From positions 62,284,875-62,340,341 of the forward strand of contig NC_068986.1 of assembly GCF_001194135.2 (NCBI RefSeq): DNA of 55,467 bases. Direction: 5' to 3'. Below are positions 23,270-36,605 of the stretch, piece by piece. The notes beneath the pieces are model-generated. The model was not told the origin of the DNA and made no database searches. It saw nothing but the letters and a program-made list of their open reading frames with translations. Both the position numbers and the translations under genes were made by a program. Source of the DNA: Octopus bimaculoides. Its lineage: Eukaryota. How positions within the stretch are numbered: the first letter of the stretch is position 1; each line of letters starts with the position of its first letter.

Positions 23270-25270
23270 TTCCTCCCATGTCTTCCTGGGTCTCCTTCTT
23301 CTGTTAACTCTAATCACATTAAGTGATTGGTACTTCTTTATATAGCTGTCCTCATCCATACACATCACATGCTCATATCAGTGCGGTCTTCTTTCTTGCA
23401 CACTACATCTGATTCCTTTGTCTAGTTTTTCTTTCAGCACATGAATACTATGTCATTCATGCACACTCACATTGCACATCCTATGGAGCATGTTTGCTTC
23501 ATTTTTTTCCAGGTTTCTCAAGTCTTCTGCATTCAAGGCTTTTGTCTCACTACCAAGCAGCATTGCAGTTCTAATACAAGCATCATGCAATCTGTCCTTC
23601 ACTTTGTGAGAAAAGATATTTGTTGTCAACAATGGTTGTAGCTCCTTGAACTTTCTACAACCTGGTCATACTTTGGCTCCTATACGTTCAGAGAAACCAC
23701 TTCCCTTGCTAATTTCATCTCGAAGATAACAAAAGTTACCAAATATTTCTTGTGAGCCATCCAGGCAATCAAGGGAGTCTATTTCTGGTATATCCATGGA
23801 ACATACTGCTCCAGTGAATATCTATCATGTACTAAGTTTATGTTCTCTGCTAGTCTACTTGTAATTCCACTACATCTCTTATATGTACATAGCTTACAAT
23901 GGGTACAGTTTATGGAGTTTATACCTCCTGCTTTTTGGCATATTGAAGAAGGACATTTCCCTGAAGGTACCAGGGTCCTGTCTTTCTTACTATAATCTTT
24001 GTCTTTGTTAAGTTTACCTTTTTAGCAGTTTACTATGACACTGTTATGCTAATCATTGGGTATGACTTCTTGTGTAGCAATCATGTACTCTTTGTCACCA
24101 GATATTCTGAGCATCTCTACAACTATCCCATATAGATCCATAGCTCTCTCATTCTTCATCTCCTTTGTAGATTTATATACTATGTTGCTGTCAACTTGAA
24201 TTGCTAATTCCTCAGTTGGTCAGCACAAGGTAACCCTTCAATATTCCATACATTGTCCACATTTAACAACCTCTCATAATAGTATTTCCATGCCATTTTC
24301 TTGTCTTCCATATTGCTGGTGAGAATACCTTAGTTATTCTGAATACATTTCTCACCAATGACATATTGGTTCTTTCTCACACACTGCCTTGCAATCCTGA
24401 GCACCTCATCCCTTTGATCACATTGCTAAATTTGAAAAAAATTCCCTCCTTTTCTGCTTCACCCTTAGCCAAACATATTTGTCACCAAGCTGCCCTTCCA
24501 GCTAATTGGTAATGCTCTCTATTACTTCCTTCTCTCTATGTTTTCCAAGTCTGTCTCTTAACCTTTACTGCCTTATCAACCGTATCATTTCACCACCAGG
24601 TTACTTTTGGCTTTGTTGGGACTTTGCTTCTGTGACCTCGAGCAAGTTATTTGCAGAAATTCATAGTTTTCATCTATGCTACAAGTATTTAAATCTGCCT
24701 CCTGACAGTCATGTGCATCACTTAGGGTTTCTCTAAATCAGTCCCCAGTTGTTGGATCTTTTAGTTTCCATGCCTCTCTTCTCCATGTCATCATTGATTT
24801 CTGCATCTGCCAAGCTCTGACACTGAAATCACTAGACACTAATCTATATTTGTGTAAAGCATTGTTCACCAGGAAAGGTTTCAGCATTCACAATAGCTCT
24901 CCTGCCCCTTTTCCTGGTGAGAATGTAATAAATATGGCCTGTGTGTATGCCACATTGGTAGGTGATGATATGGTTGGCTGGTTTCTTAAATTGTGTGATG
25001 CAAATTGTTAGATCATTTGTGTCATGAAACTCCAGAAGCCTTACATCCTATTCACTTCCTGCATCATTTTTTTTATAGCTTCCCTATGTCACGGAAGCCC
25101 TTGGTGTGTTGGCCAACATGACCATAGAAGTTGCCAGACATGATAATGAACTTGCTGTTGATTGTTATTGAGGCAGTCTGTAAAAAAGTGTCATAGAATC
25201 TGTTAATGCTACCTGCGGAACATATGCTGAGGTAACTGCTGTAGTTGAGTTACCTATAACTAGTTTCATC
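23270..25270 (-). mobile_element. RTE LINE with APE endonuclease, RT core internally deleted
   Basis: Minus strand shows APE-like LLEFHDTNDLTICITQFKKPANHIITY, a direct join of NCxKGK to NLTKTK near 24020, a PHD-like region and a thumb motif. Confidence 0.85.
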
Positions 25271-25399
25271 TTAATCATCCTACTGCATATCCCGATATAT
25301 ATATATATATATATATTAAATATATACTTTTATAAAACAAATTTTACAAAATATATAGTATCTGTTAACAGTCTTAGCAAAAAGCTCACAGGTGAGTTT

Positions 25400-25424
<25 letters not shown>

Positions 25425-25430
<6 letters not shown>

Positions 25431-25640
25431 TTTTACTTGTTTCAGTCACCAGACTGCAGCTATGCAGGAGCACCGCCTTGAATAATTTTAGTCAAATGAA
25501 TTGACCCCAATACATTTAAAGCCTAGTATTTATGTTATCAATCTCTTTTGTCAAATCATTAAGTTATGGGGACATAAACATGCCAACATTGGTTGTGAAG
25601 TAGTGGTGGGGGACAAACACAGACAGAAACACACACACAT
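25425..25640 (-). mobile_element. SINE 3' half (10169 family)
   Basis: tcttttacttgtttcagtc...gagcaccgcctt...ggggacaaacacagac is the reverse complement of 10350-10546. Confidence 0.75.
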
Positions 25641-25714
25641 CATGGTATTGACCAGACTATCAGATGTTGTTATAGATCACTGGTCACAATACACTTCACA
25701 TCATTTTAGCTCTT

Positions 25715-25922
25715 GAATGATGCCACTCCACTGGCTAGGCAAACAGGCCAATGTTCCTCTGATTGGAAGACTATTCCATCACAGGGTTAACCATTTACAA
25801 TTGAGTGGACAGGAGTATGGTGAAATGAAGGGATTTGCACTGGAACACAATGCACTACCCAGTCTGGGAATCAAACCCATGAGCTAGTGATCATGAGTGC
25901 AACACCCTAATCACTAGGCCTT
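25715..25922 (-). mobile_element. tRNA-derived SINE (second head type)
   Basis: Minus strand begins ggcctagtgattagggtgttgcactcatgatc...gggtttgattccc. Same family as 44305. Confidence 0.7.
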
Positions 25923-25944
25923 CACACACACATGCACACACAAT

Positions 25945-26375
25945 GGTGGAGGGGCTTCTTTCAGTTTCTGCCTACCAGATCTACTCACAAGGCTTTGGTT
26001 GGGCCAAGGCTATGGAAGAAGGCACTTACCCAATGTGCCACAGAGTGGGACTGAACCTAGAACCATGTGGTTAGGAAGCAAACTTCTTACAACACAGCCA
26101 TGCCTATATATATTGTTGTCATCATCAGAATTTATAAAGTTTTGAGATCATGGAATATTTCATTTTTGGAATTAGTTGTTGAACTTATGTATAAAGCTTT
26201 ATGTGAATATTGGGTTGGCAATATATATATATATATATATATATGATGGGCTTCATCCACTCACAAGGCTTTGGTTGGCCTGAGGCTATAGTAGAAGACA
26301 CCCAAGGTGCCATTTAGTGGGACTGAATCTGGAACCATGTGGTTGGGAAGCAAGTTCCTTACCATACAACCATGC
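25945..26375 (-). mobile_element. Two SINE head fragments (10169 family), about 25945-26105 and 26245-26375
   Basis: ctcacaaggctttggttgg...agaaggcacttacccaa...gtgggactgaacc...aaccatgtgg occurs twice. Confidence 0.7.
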
Positions 26376-26825
26376 CTGTGCTTATATATATATTCCAATA
26401 TCACCAGTCATGACTTAACTCATCAGTACCTTCACTTTCAGCAATATCACATATGATTCCAGTGCTGCAGTTGCCATCTACCACTAACACCATACATTTA
26501 CTACATTTCCGTAGCTTGTATACCTGAGGCTTTGATCTTGCCACTTTGATCTTGTGATTATAGGTAACACTGATAGTTAGAAGAAATGGTAGTTGTGTGG
26601 TGGATTACTTGAACATTTTGATAAATAAATCCAGAAATTTGATTCTCATAAACAGATAAATTTTAATTTATTTTACATAATGTGTTCTGAATCAAATTAT
26701 TTTGATAACAATAACCATTTGGTGTCGTTATCTGTGATTATAGTAAACTGCTTCCTCTCTACTTCTCATTTCTGAACTGTACCTTCTGAAGAATGCACAT
26801 GTGTGCACGTGCACACATGCACGCA

Positions 26826-26852
26826 CACACATGCGCACACACACACACACAT

Positions 26853-26932
<80 letters not shown>

Positions 26933-26935
26933 GCA
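26826..26935. repeat. (CA)n microsatellite
   Basis: Long CA tract. Confidence 0.95.
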
Positions 26936-27219
26936 CAGAGCAATCCAATAATTTTCTTGGCTGTCTTCACATGAAAACATTACTCTTTGAATTGTATATT
27001 TTGATTGGTTTGTTCATCCTTTCTATTCCCCTTTCTATTCTCTTTCACTTTTTATTTCATTCTCTTCCATACACTCTATGCTCTCACTCTTTTATCTTGT
27101 TTTATCTTGCTGTCAGTAACCTTTACAGTTGTGTATGCAACCACCTCATCATAACATGCACTCAACCCTGATCGAATAGACAATTATTGTTTTTTTTTTC
27201 TTTTTTAATTTACTTCCAG

Positions 27220-27269
27220 TTGATTCTGAAGTGCATAACTAGTTTCTGTTCAGTACAAACCAAAAAGAA
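27220..27269 (+). CDS. Candidate host exon (LILKCITSFCSVQTKK)
   Basis: Strong acceptor ttttttaatttacttccag and donor GAA/gtgaat. The phase-0 start fits the 22595 end. Confidence 0.4.
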
Positions 27270-28509
27270 GTGAATTAGAAATGCATGACGTTTTATAAAG
27301 AGACAGATAAGCTCATTAACTCTTAGATGTCAGCATTAGACAACAATGTAAATGCTACCTGATGACTTGTTACTTTGTCCAAAGAGAAAATATTTGTTTC
27401 AAAGAAACTGGTGAAAACTGACTGGAATTGGGAGGGTGTATTTCTTGAAAATTTTTTACTTAAAATTTTTAAGAACTTTTTACTTCTTACTAGATGTTAG
27501 GTCCTTATCAGTTTAATTACTACATATATTTTAATCTCCCTTTGTAAAAATAATTTTAAAAGATCATTGATTTATGCCAATTTTATTAACTATTCTATTC
27601 ATTTTAACTTCTTTATAAAAAAAAAAAAAAATAAATAAACAAAAAGTACTCTAATTTTAATCAACATTTATAGTTTTAACTACTTTTGTGGTAACACTTG
27701 TGTGAAGAATTAATTTTTAGTGGTGATGGTGGTGAAGATGATGATAGTGGATGCAATGGCTGTAGTGGTTGTTACAGTGCTGGTGGTGCTGACTGCAGTG
27801 ATGATAGTGGTAGTGGTGATGGTTGCTGTGAAAGTTGTCAAGGTGGTGGTGGTGGTAGTCAAAGTAGGCATTATTTTACTTTAAAATGCCACATTGGTAT
27901 AAGAAATCAAATCAAAAAGAATTCAGCAAAATCCATTAAAATGATTCTAAAATTTTTTCTTCCCCTGCAAAACATTTGAAAGCACATAGAATACTGCATA
28001 ATGAACATATACAGTGGGTTTGAAATAAACAGAAGTGAAACTATATGGTGTGATTGTGCAGAAAATTATGTTAGACTATACTGGCATTAATAGTAAGTAA
28101 GTGAAATTGTAAAAGATGAGTTGAATATATTTCTTTATTACTACCTGTGATAACATAGCAGTGCTGGTAGTAGTTTCTTTCTGTAACCTTTAATTTGGTC
28201 ATTGGAACACCATTAAGGACACAGTCTTTATGTAGAGATTCACTAGAGTAGTCATTTTCCTATTGTCTTCTCCATGGAGAAGGACTCGAATTTAGTACTG
28301 CAAGATAACAAGATATCTATCAGCTTTCTAATGCTACTACTATTTGCATTGATACACTATGCCACATTGAAGTTTCTATATACAACTTAGTAGTCTGAGT
28401 TGTTAAATGTCTTGGTTACACAGTCATGCTGCTTACAAGATATAAGTTTATTTATATCTTGGTTGATTGTAAATAACCTACCTACTTGACTATTTATATT
28501 CTATAGTAG

Positions 28510-28563
28510 CAAGGCACATACATTAAAAGATGGCTTCAAAGATGAACAGAGAATTGGAATAAT
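28510..28563 (+). CDS. Weak candidate host exon (KAHTLKDGFKDEQRIGI), tandem TAGTAG acceptor
   Basis: Phase-2 start fits 27269; the donor AAT/gtaaat is weak. Confidence 0.22.
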
Positions 28564-29676
28564 GTAAATAAGACATAAAAGGAAATAACAGAAAGTTACA
28601 CAAATTTGAGTATACCTAAGTGAATCAAGTATGAACCATTGGATATTTAATACTGATTTACAATAATACTTAATCAAAATTGAACTGAAAACTTAGTGGT
28701 CATCAAAAGAATTGGATAAGATATGAAGGAGAAGCAGTTTTGATGATATTGACATCTAATGAAAATAGAGGATGCATGCTGGGAGAAAACATTACTGTTA
28801 GTGGCATATAATGCTTTTAAAAGAGGGTAAGCAAAGGAATCTTTAGAAAGTAGAATTAGGACAAACATTGAAAGAGCTGAAACTATGTTGTTTAGTTTAC
28901 TTTTCCCCCAAAATAAGTATCTTTCCTGTTTTGTAGTTGAGTGTTGAGTTAAAATGGGCACCCAAATGTACAACAGCTGCATAAGTAAACTATAGCCACA
29001 GAATCCTGCATATATCAACCAAATCCCTTTTTGATCATAAATGAATGGGCAAAACAACAGTGGGGCCTTCATTCTAGATTGTACTTAATGCATAACCTAT
29101 CTAGAGTAAAAAATCTTTGGATTTGATTCACTACCTTTGAGCTACATGTATAGATGTGTGGAAGAAGATGTATGGGGGCAGTACTAAAACACAATAGTTA
29201 GAGCTTTGTTTAGCACAAAGTTAAAGATACCACTGCAATATAGTTGTTTGACTTTCATTATTAGAGATATATGTCAATGGATGGTCAGCATCAGTGACTT
29301 TCTTTTAGAAAGTGATGTATTGCTGTTGCTTTTGCTTCTGTAGTTACTGCTACTATTACTTCTAATACTAGGTTTATTCAGCTATTAATGTTCTTGTTTA
29401 TTGGCTAGTGGCCCAATGTTATGCGAATGCCCAAGAAACTTAATTATCTTAAAGCGTTTTGCTTTTAGATGAAAAGAGTCAACCCTGAAGTGTCAGAGAC
29501 CTCTTACTCTGGCATACAAACTTATCAAATATCATGAACTTCACTGTATGAATTTTAGGCTACAGAGACCAACACCATAATTCAGGGACTTTTACATGCT
29601 AACTCTCAAATTTTCAAATTGTAAATCTGAGCAGGAATTGTAAAGAATGTTTAGTGCAGCAAAGCATTTAGAAAAT

Positions 29677-29731
<55 letters not shown>

Positions 29732-30138
29732 GAGAGAGACACACACACACACATACACAAACTTTAGGTTAGCTCTCATATGTTTATAACATATTTTACC
29801 ATCTAAAGACAATATTGGTGACTGACTTGCACTTGCAAACCACCCAGTCAAAACAGATATAGTAATTGCAGTGCTAAGCAGTGGTGAGAAATAAACAAAC
29901 TTTAGGTTAGTTCAAATATGTTTGTGACATATTTTAACTTCTAAAGGCATCTAGAAGTCTGATAGAGGATGACACTGAGGAGATAAGGTCTCTGTTACAT
30001 TTTTTACTATAAAGGAGAATTATTTTCTCCACAATAAATAAACTGCAGTGAAATTGCTACTAGAAGTTAAAATATGTCACAGACATATTTGAACTACCTT
30101 GAAGTTTATCCATTTCTCACCTCTGCTTAGCACTGCTG

Positions 30139-30148
30139 CTGCTATATA

Positions 30149-30208
<60 letters not shown>

Positions 30209-30267
30209 GTGTGTATATATATATATGTGTGTGTGTATGTGTGTGTGTGTATGTGTATGTATGTAAG

Positions 30268-30340
<73 letters not shown>
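30139..30340. repeat. Compound (TG)n/(TA)n microsatellite
   Basis: Alternating TG and TA tracts. Confidence 0.95.
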
Positions 30341-30343
<3 letters not shown>

Positions 30344-30344
30344 A

Positions 30345-30780
30345 GTATTGACAGGTCTACACAAGCATGGTATATCACAAAAGGTCTTGGTCACCTGTCA
30401 CTACCTCCATGAGGCCCAATGTTTGAATGGTGCTTTTTACATGCTGCTGGCATTGGCCACGACTACGATTTCATTTGGTTTGACAAGTCTTCATAAACAC
30501 AGCATATTGCCCAATGATTGAAGGTGCTTTTAATAGGCCAGTTATGCAACACTGGTATTGCCCATGACTATGGTCTCATTTGGCTTGATGGGTCTTCTCA
30601 AGCATGGCATATCTCCAAAGGTCTTGGTCACTTGTCATTGCCTCTGTGAGGCCTAACATTCCAAGGTCATGCTTCACCATCTTGTCCGATGTCTTCTTGG
30701 ATCCACCTCTTCCACAGGTTCCCTCCACTGTTAGAGTGTGACACTTCTTCATATAAATGTCTGCATCCATATATGTGAAT
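30345..30780 (-). mobile_element. RTE ORF end and 3'UTR tandem modules
   Basis: HTLTVEGTCGRGGSKKTSDKMVKHDL plus gagaagacc...caagccaaatgag modules as at 21.6 kb. Confidence 0.8.
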
Positions 30781-30814
30781 NNNNNNNNNNATATAGATAG
30801 ATATAGATAGATAT

Positions 30815-31127
30815 AAAACAATTGCAGCATGGAAGGTGTTTATAAGCCATTTAAAAACACACAACAACTGTTAGATTCACTTCAACATTTAAATTTATTT
30901 TGCCAAAATATTTTTGTCTCTTTGAGACCGCGACCTGTTCACTGACAAAATTCCGTGCTGCATCTCTAATATTTTGGCAAATTAAATTTAAATGTTGAAG
31001 TGAATCTAATGTTTTTTGTGTGTTTTTAAATGGCTTATAATCACCTTCCTCGCTGCAATTGTTTTCGTTCCAGCACACGATCACAGATCTCAGATCAGGT
31101 CACTTGCTATGCAAGTACACCTCCGTA
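30815..31127. mobile_element. Palindromic Tc1/mariner-type MITE (about 95-bp visible arms; left end missing next to the gap)
   Basis: 30815-30910 is the inverted complement of 30968-31065. The right end reads ...cacctccg followed by TA. Confidence 0.7.
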
Positions 31128-32040
31128 TCATCATCATCATTTAATGTCTGTTGTCCATGCTGGCATGGGTTAGACGGTTTGACCAGGGCTGGCAAGCTGG
31201 CAGGCTGCATCTCCAGTCTGTTTTGGCCTGGTTTCTATGGCTGGATGCCCTTCCTAATACCAACCACTCTGAGAGTGCCAAATGGATTCAATCCTTGCCC
31301 ACACTCAAAAGGTGCTTTTACAGGCCACCAACATGGGTGCCATTTGGATGACACCAGTGTCTGCCATGACTGTGATTTTACTTGGCTTGATGGATCTTCT
31401 TCTCAAGCTAGACCTAATACTAAAAGTCTCAGTCATTGCCTCTGTGAGGCCCAATGTTCAATTTGTCTCCATGAGACTAAATGCTCAAAAGGTGCTTTTT
31501 ATATGTGACCTGCACAGGTGCCGGTTATGTGACACCAGCATCAGCCACGACTGTGGTTTCACTTGTCTTGACAGGTCTTCCCAAGCACAGCATATCACAA
31601 AAGGTCTCGGTCACTAGTCATTGCCTCTGTGAGGCCCAGAGTTTGGAGATCATGTTTCACCACCTCAACCCATGTCTTCTACAACAGGTTCCCTCCACAG
31701 TTAGGAATCAGTACTTCTTTACACAATTGTTCTTGTCTATATGCATCACATGACCATACAAGCGCATTTGTCTCTCTTGCTCACCACATCTGATGCCTCT
31801 TATGCTTAATTTTTCTCTCAAGATGCTTACACTCTGTTGAACATGCACACTGACATTGCACATCCAGTGAAGCATACTGGCTTCATTTCTTTCAAGCTTA
31901 CACATGTCCTCAGCTGTCACAGTCTATGTTTCACTGTCATGTAACATAGCTGTTCACACACAGGTATCATACAATCTGCCTTTCACTCCAAGAGAGAGGC
32001 CGTTTGTTGCCAGCAGATGCAGAGAGAAGCCTTTTGTTGC
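31128..32040 (-). mobile_element. RTE LINE 3' portion with (GAT)n tail
   Basis: MTAEDMCKLERNEASMLHWMCNVSVH, tandem UTR modules and the shared terminus. Confidence 0.88.
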
Positions 32041-32350
32041 CCAGCCTAATCTTATTCTGACAGCTATGTTCTTGAAGCATCCATCTCCTCCACTATTATT
32101 CTGTAATTGTTTACAGTGTTATTTTGGTGGTTTAAATGAGGGTTTTAGCTCTCATTTCTAGCAGGTAGATGTATGCATATGTCCTTATGATTGATATAAT
32201 TTTAATTCTATAGCTATATAATGCTATTTTAGGCCTGCAACCAACTATATTAATGTTGCTGTTATTATCAACTATGCATATTGCCTTCGACAATAGTAGC
32301 AATATTAATATATATATAAATATTCAATCATGAATATTTGCTCCTGATTA

Positions 32351-32401
<51 letters not shown>

Positions 32402-32402
<1 letters not shown>

Positions 32403-33440
32403 GATGAGTGGTTAGTGAGAGCTGTACAAGTCATGTACAGGGATGCTGCCAGTAAGGTGAGAAATGGCAATGAGTATAGGGAAGAATTCAGGATACAAGT
32501 AGGGGTCCACCAAGGACCTTGTCCTCCAGGCAATAACAGAGGAATTCAAGACAGGATGCCCCTGAGAGCTCCTCTATGCTGATGACCTTTTTCTTATAGC
32601 TGAATCACTATCAGACTACTGAACAAGTTTTAGGTGTGGAAGTCTAGAATTGAAGGGCCTTAGAGTTAACCTAGTAAGTACCCTTCAGGTAGATGGCCCT
32701 GCTCAATCTGTAGAAAAGGCATGTGTAGAAACTCCATAAGATGTACCTGGTGTAAGCTATGGACACATAAGAGGTGCAGCAATATCAGAGAAAGGTAGCT
32801 TTTGTGTGTAGATGGTGCACAGGTACAGATAACACTAAAAATGTACAGAAAATAGATATCATCACACGCCAGATGGAAAACTAGAAGTAGTCGACAGCTT
32901 TCGTTACCTAGGTGACCAAGTCAGTAGTGGAGGTAGATGCTCCGAGAGTGTAGCTGCTAGAATAAGAATAGGCTGGGCAAAGTTCAGAGAGCTTCTACCT
33001 CTGCTGGTAACAAAGGGCCTCTCGCTCAGAATGAAAGGGACACTGTATAATGCCTATGTGTGAACAGCCATGCTACACGGCAGTGAAACATGGGCTGTGA
33101 CTGCTGAGGACATACATAGACTTGAAAGAAATGAAGCTAGTATGTTTCACTGGATGTGTAATGTCAGTGTGCATACACAATTGAGTGTAAGCATTCTCAG
33201 AGAAAAGTTGGGCATAAGAAGCATCAGATGTGGTGTGTAAGAGAGATGACTGCACTGGTATGGCCATGTGATGCATATGGATGAGGACAACTGTGTGAAG
33301 ATGTGTCATACCCTAACAGTGGAGGGAACCTGTGGAAGAAGTAGACCTAGGAAGACATAGGATGAGGTGGCGAAGCACGATCTTCAAATGTTGAGCCTTA
33401 CAGACCTTTGGCGATATGCTGTGCTTGAGAAGACCTGTCA
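32402..33440 (+). mobile_element. RTE LINE fragment (RT motifs 4-7, PHD-like finger, thumb)
   Basis: IQVGVHQG, LLYADDLF, WPCSICRKG...CTWCKLWTHKRC...FVCRWC, LEVVDSFRYLGD. Confidence 0.9.
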
Positions 33441-33496
33441 AGCTACCATCCACAAAACAACAGCATCAACAACATCAACAATAATGAGGATAATTT

Positions 33497-33930
33497 TTTG
33501 TACTAAAAGTACAAGGCCTGAAATTTTGGGGGAAGGGACAAGTTGATTACATCAACCCCGGTATTTCAATGGTACTTAATTTATCAATGCCAAAAGAAGG
33601 AAAGCCAAAGTCAACCTCAGTGGAATTTTAACTCAGAACATAGCAATGGGCGAAATACCACTAAGCATGTTGTCCAGTGTGCTAATGATTCTATCAGCTC
33701 ACTGCCTAACAGTAATAATGATAATAGCTTCTAATTTAGCACAAGGCCAATATTTTGAGGGGAAGAGATTAGTTGATACCCATATTTGACTAGTACTTTA
33801 TTTTATGAACCTCAGAAGTCAAAGTTAACCTCAGTGAGATTTGAACTCAGAATGTAAAGAGCCATAACTAAATACTGCAAGGCATTTTATTTGACAAGCT
33901 AATGATTCTACTAAATCCAGTGCCCTTATA
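33497..33930 (-). mobile_element. Two tandem tRNA-derived SINEs with (ATT)n tails
   Basis: Each reads (+) acaaggcc...ttgattacatc...aaagtcaacctcagtg.aatt.aactcagaa...ctaatgattct, separated by (AAT)n. Confidence 0.8.
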
Positions 33931-33944
33931 ATAATAACAACAGC

Positions 33945-33976
<32 letters not shown>

Positions 33977-33984
33977 GAAAAAAA

Positions 33985-35400
33985 GAAAGAGTACTATAGA
34001 CGAGTTAGATCAATACTAAAAACAGAGCTCAATGCTAAAAACAAGATAATGGGTATCAACACTTTAGCTGTCCCAGTTATAAGCTACAGCTACAACATCC
34101 TTAACTGGACACTAAACAAACTATCTAAAATAGACAGGAAAACAAAAATAATGACAGGATATAGGATGCACCACCCAAAATCTGACATAGAAAGGCTATA
34201 TATACAACGCACAGAAGGTGGCAGGGGTCTTATACAGCTAGAAAACTATTATAAAATAACCACCATAGGACTGCAAAAATACCTACTCCAGAAGCAAGGA
34301 AAACTAATACAAATAGCCACAAAACNNNNNNNNNNNNNNNNNNNNNNNNNNNNNNNNNNNNNNNNNNNNNNNNNNNNNNNNNNNNNNNNNNNNNNNNNNN
34401 NNNNNNNNNNNNNNNNNNNNNNNNNNNNNNNNNNNNNNNNNNNNNNNNNNNNNNNNNNNNNNNNNNNNNNNNNNNNNNNNNNNNNNNNNNNNNNNNNNNN
34501 NNNNNNNNNNNNNNNNNNNNNNNNNNNNNNNNNNNNNNNNNNNNNNNNNNNNNNNNNNNNNNNNNNNNNNNNNNNNNNNNNNNNNNNNNNNNNNNNNNNN
34601 NNNNNNNNNNNNNNNNNNNNNNNNNNNNNNNNNNNNNNNNNNNNNNNNNNNNNNNNNNNNNNNNNNNNNNNNNNNNNNNNNNNNNNNNNNNNNNNNNNNN
34701 NNNNNNNNNNNNNNNNNNNNNNNNNNNNNNNNNNNNNNNNNNNNNNNNNNNNNNNNNNNNNNNNNNNNNNNNNNNNNNNNNNNNNNNNNNNNNNNNNNNN
34801 NNNNNNNNNNNNNNNNNNNNNNNNNNNNNNNNNNNNNNNNNNNNNNNNNNNNNNNNNNNNNNNNNNNNNNNNNNNNNNNNNNNNNNNNNNNNNNNNNNNN
34901 NNNNNNNNNNNNNNNNNNNNNNNNNNNNNNNNNNNNNNNNNNNNNNNNNNNNNNNNNNNNNNNNNNNNNNNNNNNNNNNNNNNNNNNNNNNNNNNNNNNN
35001 NNNNNNNNNNNNNNNNNNNNNNNNNNNNNNNNNNNNNNNNNNNNNNNNNNNNNNNNNNNNNNNNNNNNNNNNNNNNNNNNNNNNNNNNNNNNNNNNNNNN
35101 NNNNNNNNNNNNNNNNNNNNNNNNNNNNNNNNNNNNNAGGTATAATAAAAAAATATTCAGACAAATACATAACAAAAACACCAGGACTTACAAATATATA
35201 TAACATACAGAAAATTGCACTACTGGGTACTGCACACATTCTACGCAAAACACTTTCAATACAGTAAACATAAGAGCACTACAGCAAACCACAGCACATA
35301 CCCAAAGCGCACAGAGCTGCGCTCGGTAGTGAAGTGAAAGCACGTTATAAAAATAAAACTACTGAACAATAATAATAATAATAATGATAATAATAATAAT
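33985..35400 (+). mobile_element. R4/Dong LINE, 5'-truncated, spanning an N gap, (AAT)n tail
   Basis: EYYRRVRSILKTELNAKNKIMGINTLAVPVISYS...RMHHPKSDIERLY...GGRGLIQLE before the gap; QKIALLGTAHILRKTLSIQ, a 3'UTR and (AAT)n after it. Confidence 0.9.
34326..35137. other. Assembly gap (N)
   Basis: Run of N. Confidence 1.
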
Positions 35401-35409
35401 AATAATAAT

Positions 35410-35690
35410 AATGGTTTTTGACTTAGGCACAAGGCCAGCAATTTTGCAAGAAGGAGGTAAGTCAATACTATTGACAGCCATTACTCATCTGATACTTTAT
35501 TTTGTCGACACTTGGTGTTATTTGAACTCACAATGTAAAATGTTGGAAGGAATGCCACAAAGCATTATTTCCAATGGTCCAATGATTCTGCCAGCCTACT
35601 GCCCTTATATGGTAATAATGTTTTTAATATAGACATAGGGCCTGAAATTTGAGGAAAGGGATTAGTTGATACCATTTACTCCATGCTGTC
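35410..35690 (-). mobile_element. SINE plus partial SINE (33.5-kb family)
   Basis: ggcacaaggccagcaattttg...taagtcaat...tttgaactcacaatgtaaa...atgattctgccagc, followed by a second start. Confidence 0.7.
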
Positions 35691-36029
35691 TTTGCCCATG
35701 GCAGAATGTAAACCAACATGAGATAGTTGCCTTCATAGTATGAATCAATGTTCAACATACTTCATGTTAGTTTCATCAGCCTTACTCTTCCATGCTGGTA
35801 TAGGCCATGCTGGAAGTGGATATTAATTTTGGAGTTTTCCTTCTAGATTGATTGCTTTCATTGCAGCTAAGAAGCTCAGTCTACCCTTACAAAAATTTAT
35901 CTAACCCATAGGTGAGACCCTGACACTGCCATTCCAGTACTGGGAGTAATGGTGATTAAGGGGTGACTCCATGCTCCCCACAACTCCACAACTGGAACCT
36001 CACCACTCGGTACAGTTTAATGTCATACT

Positions 36030-36605
36030 CAGGATTTAGACTGGTACTTTATTCTTCTTGAAAGGTTGAAAGGCCAAGTTGACCTTGGCAGGACTTGAAA
36101 GTAAAGAGCCTGAACAAATACTGCTAAACAATTTTTCTGATGTGCTAATGATCCTGCCAACTTGCAACCTGAATAATGATAACAACAATGGTTTCAAATT
36201 ATAGCACAAATTTTAGGTGATAGGGTAAGTCATCAACTACAGTGCTCAGATAGTACTTATTTTATTAACCTTGAAAGGATGAAAAGCAAACTTGACCTCA
36301 ACAGAATTTGAACTCAGAATGTGAAAAGCTGGAAGAAATGCCACAAAACATTTTGTTCTATGTGCTATGATTCTGTCAGCTTGTCACCTTACAGCAACAA
36401 TAATAATCCTTTCTACTATAGGTACAAGGTCTGAAATTTTGGAAGGAGGGTGCTAGTTGATTACATCAATCCCAGTGCTCAACTGGTACATGTTTTATCA
36501 ACCTCAGAAGGATGAAAGGTAAAGTCAACCTTGGTGGAATTTGGTGGACAAAATGCTGCTCAGCATTTTGCCCAATGGGCTAATGATTTTGCCAGCTTGC
36601 CATCA
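36030..36605 (-). mobile_element. Three tandem SINEs (33.5-kb family)
   Basis: ggtacttatttta...gaaaggatgaaaggcaaagtcaacct...gctaatgattctgccagc occurs three times, separated by (AAT/AAC)n. Confidence 0.8.

Noticed and set aside
26798-26819. 22-bp perfect palindrome catgtgtgcacgtgcacacatg
   Set aside because: Readily produced by adjacent (TG)n/(CA)n low-complexity sequence.
27698-27979. Gly/Cys/Asp-rich ORF as metallothionein-like
   Set aside because: Derived from degenerate (GGT/GAT)n low-complexity DNA, with a TTG start and no splice support.
26728-30412. His/Thr-, Cys/Val- and Tyr/Ile-repeat ORFs here and elsewhere (e.g. 9762-10141, 45315-46011)
   Set aside because: Translations of microsatellites, not proteins.
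34049-35248. 300-384 aa ORFs in the ORF track
   Set aside because: Artefacts of translating through the 812-nt N gap.
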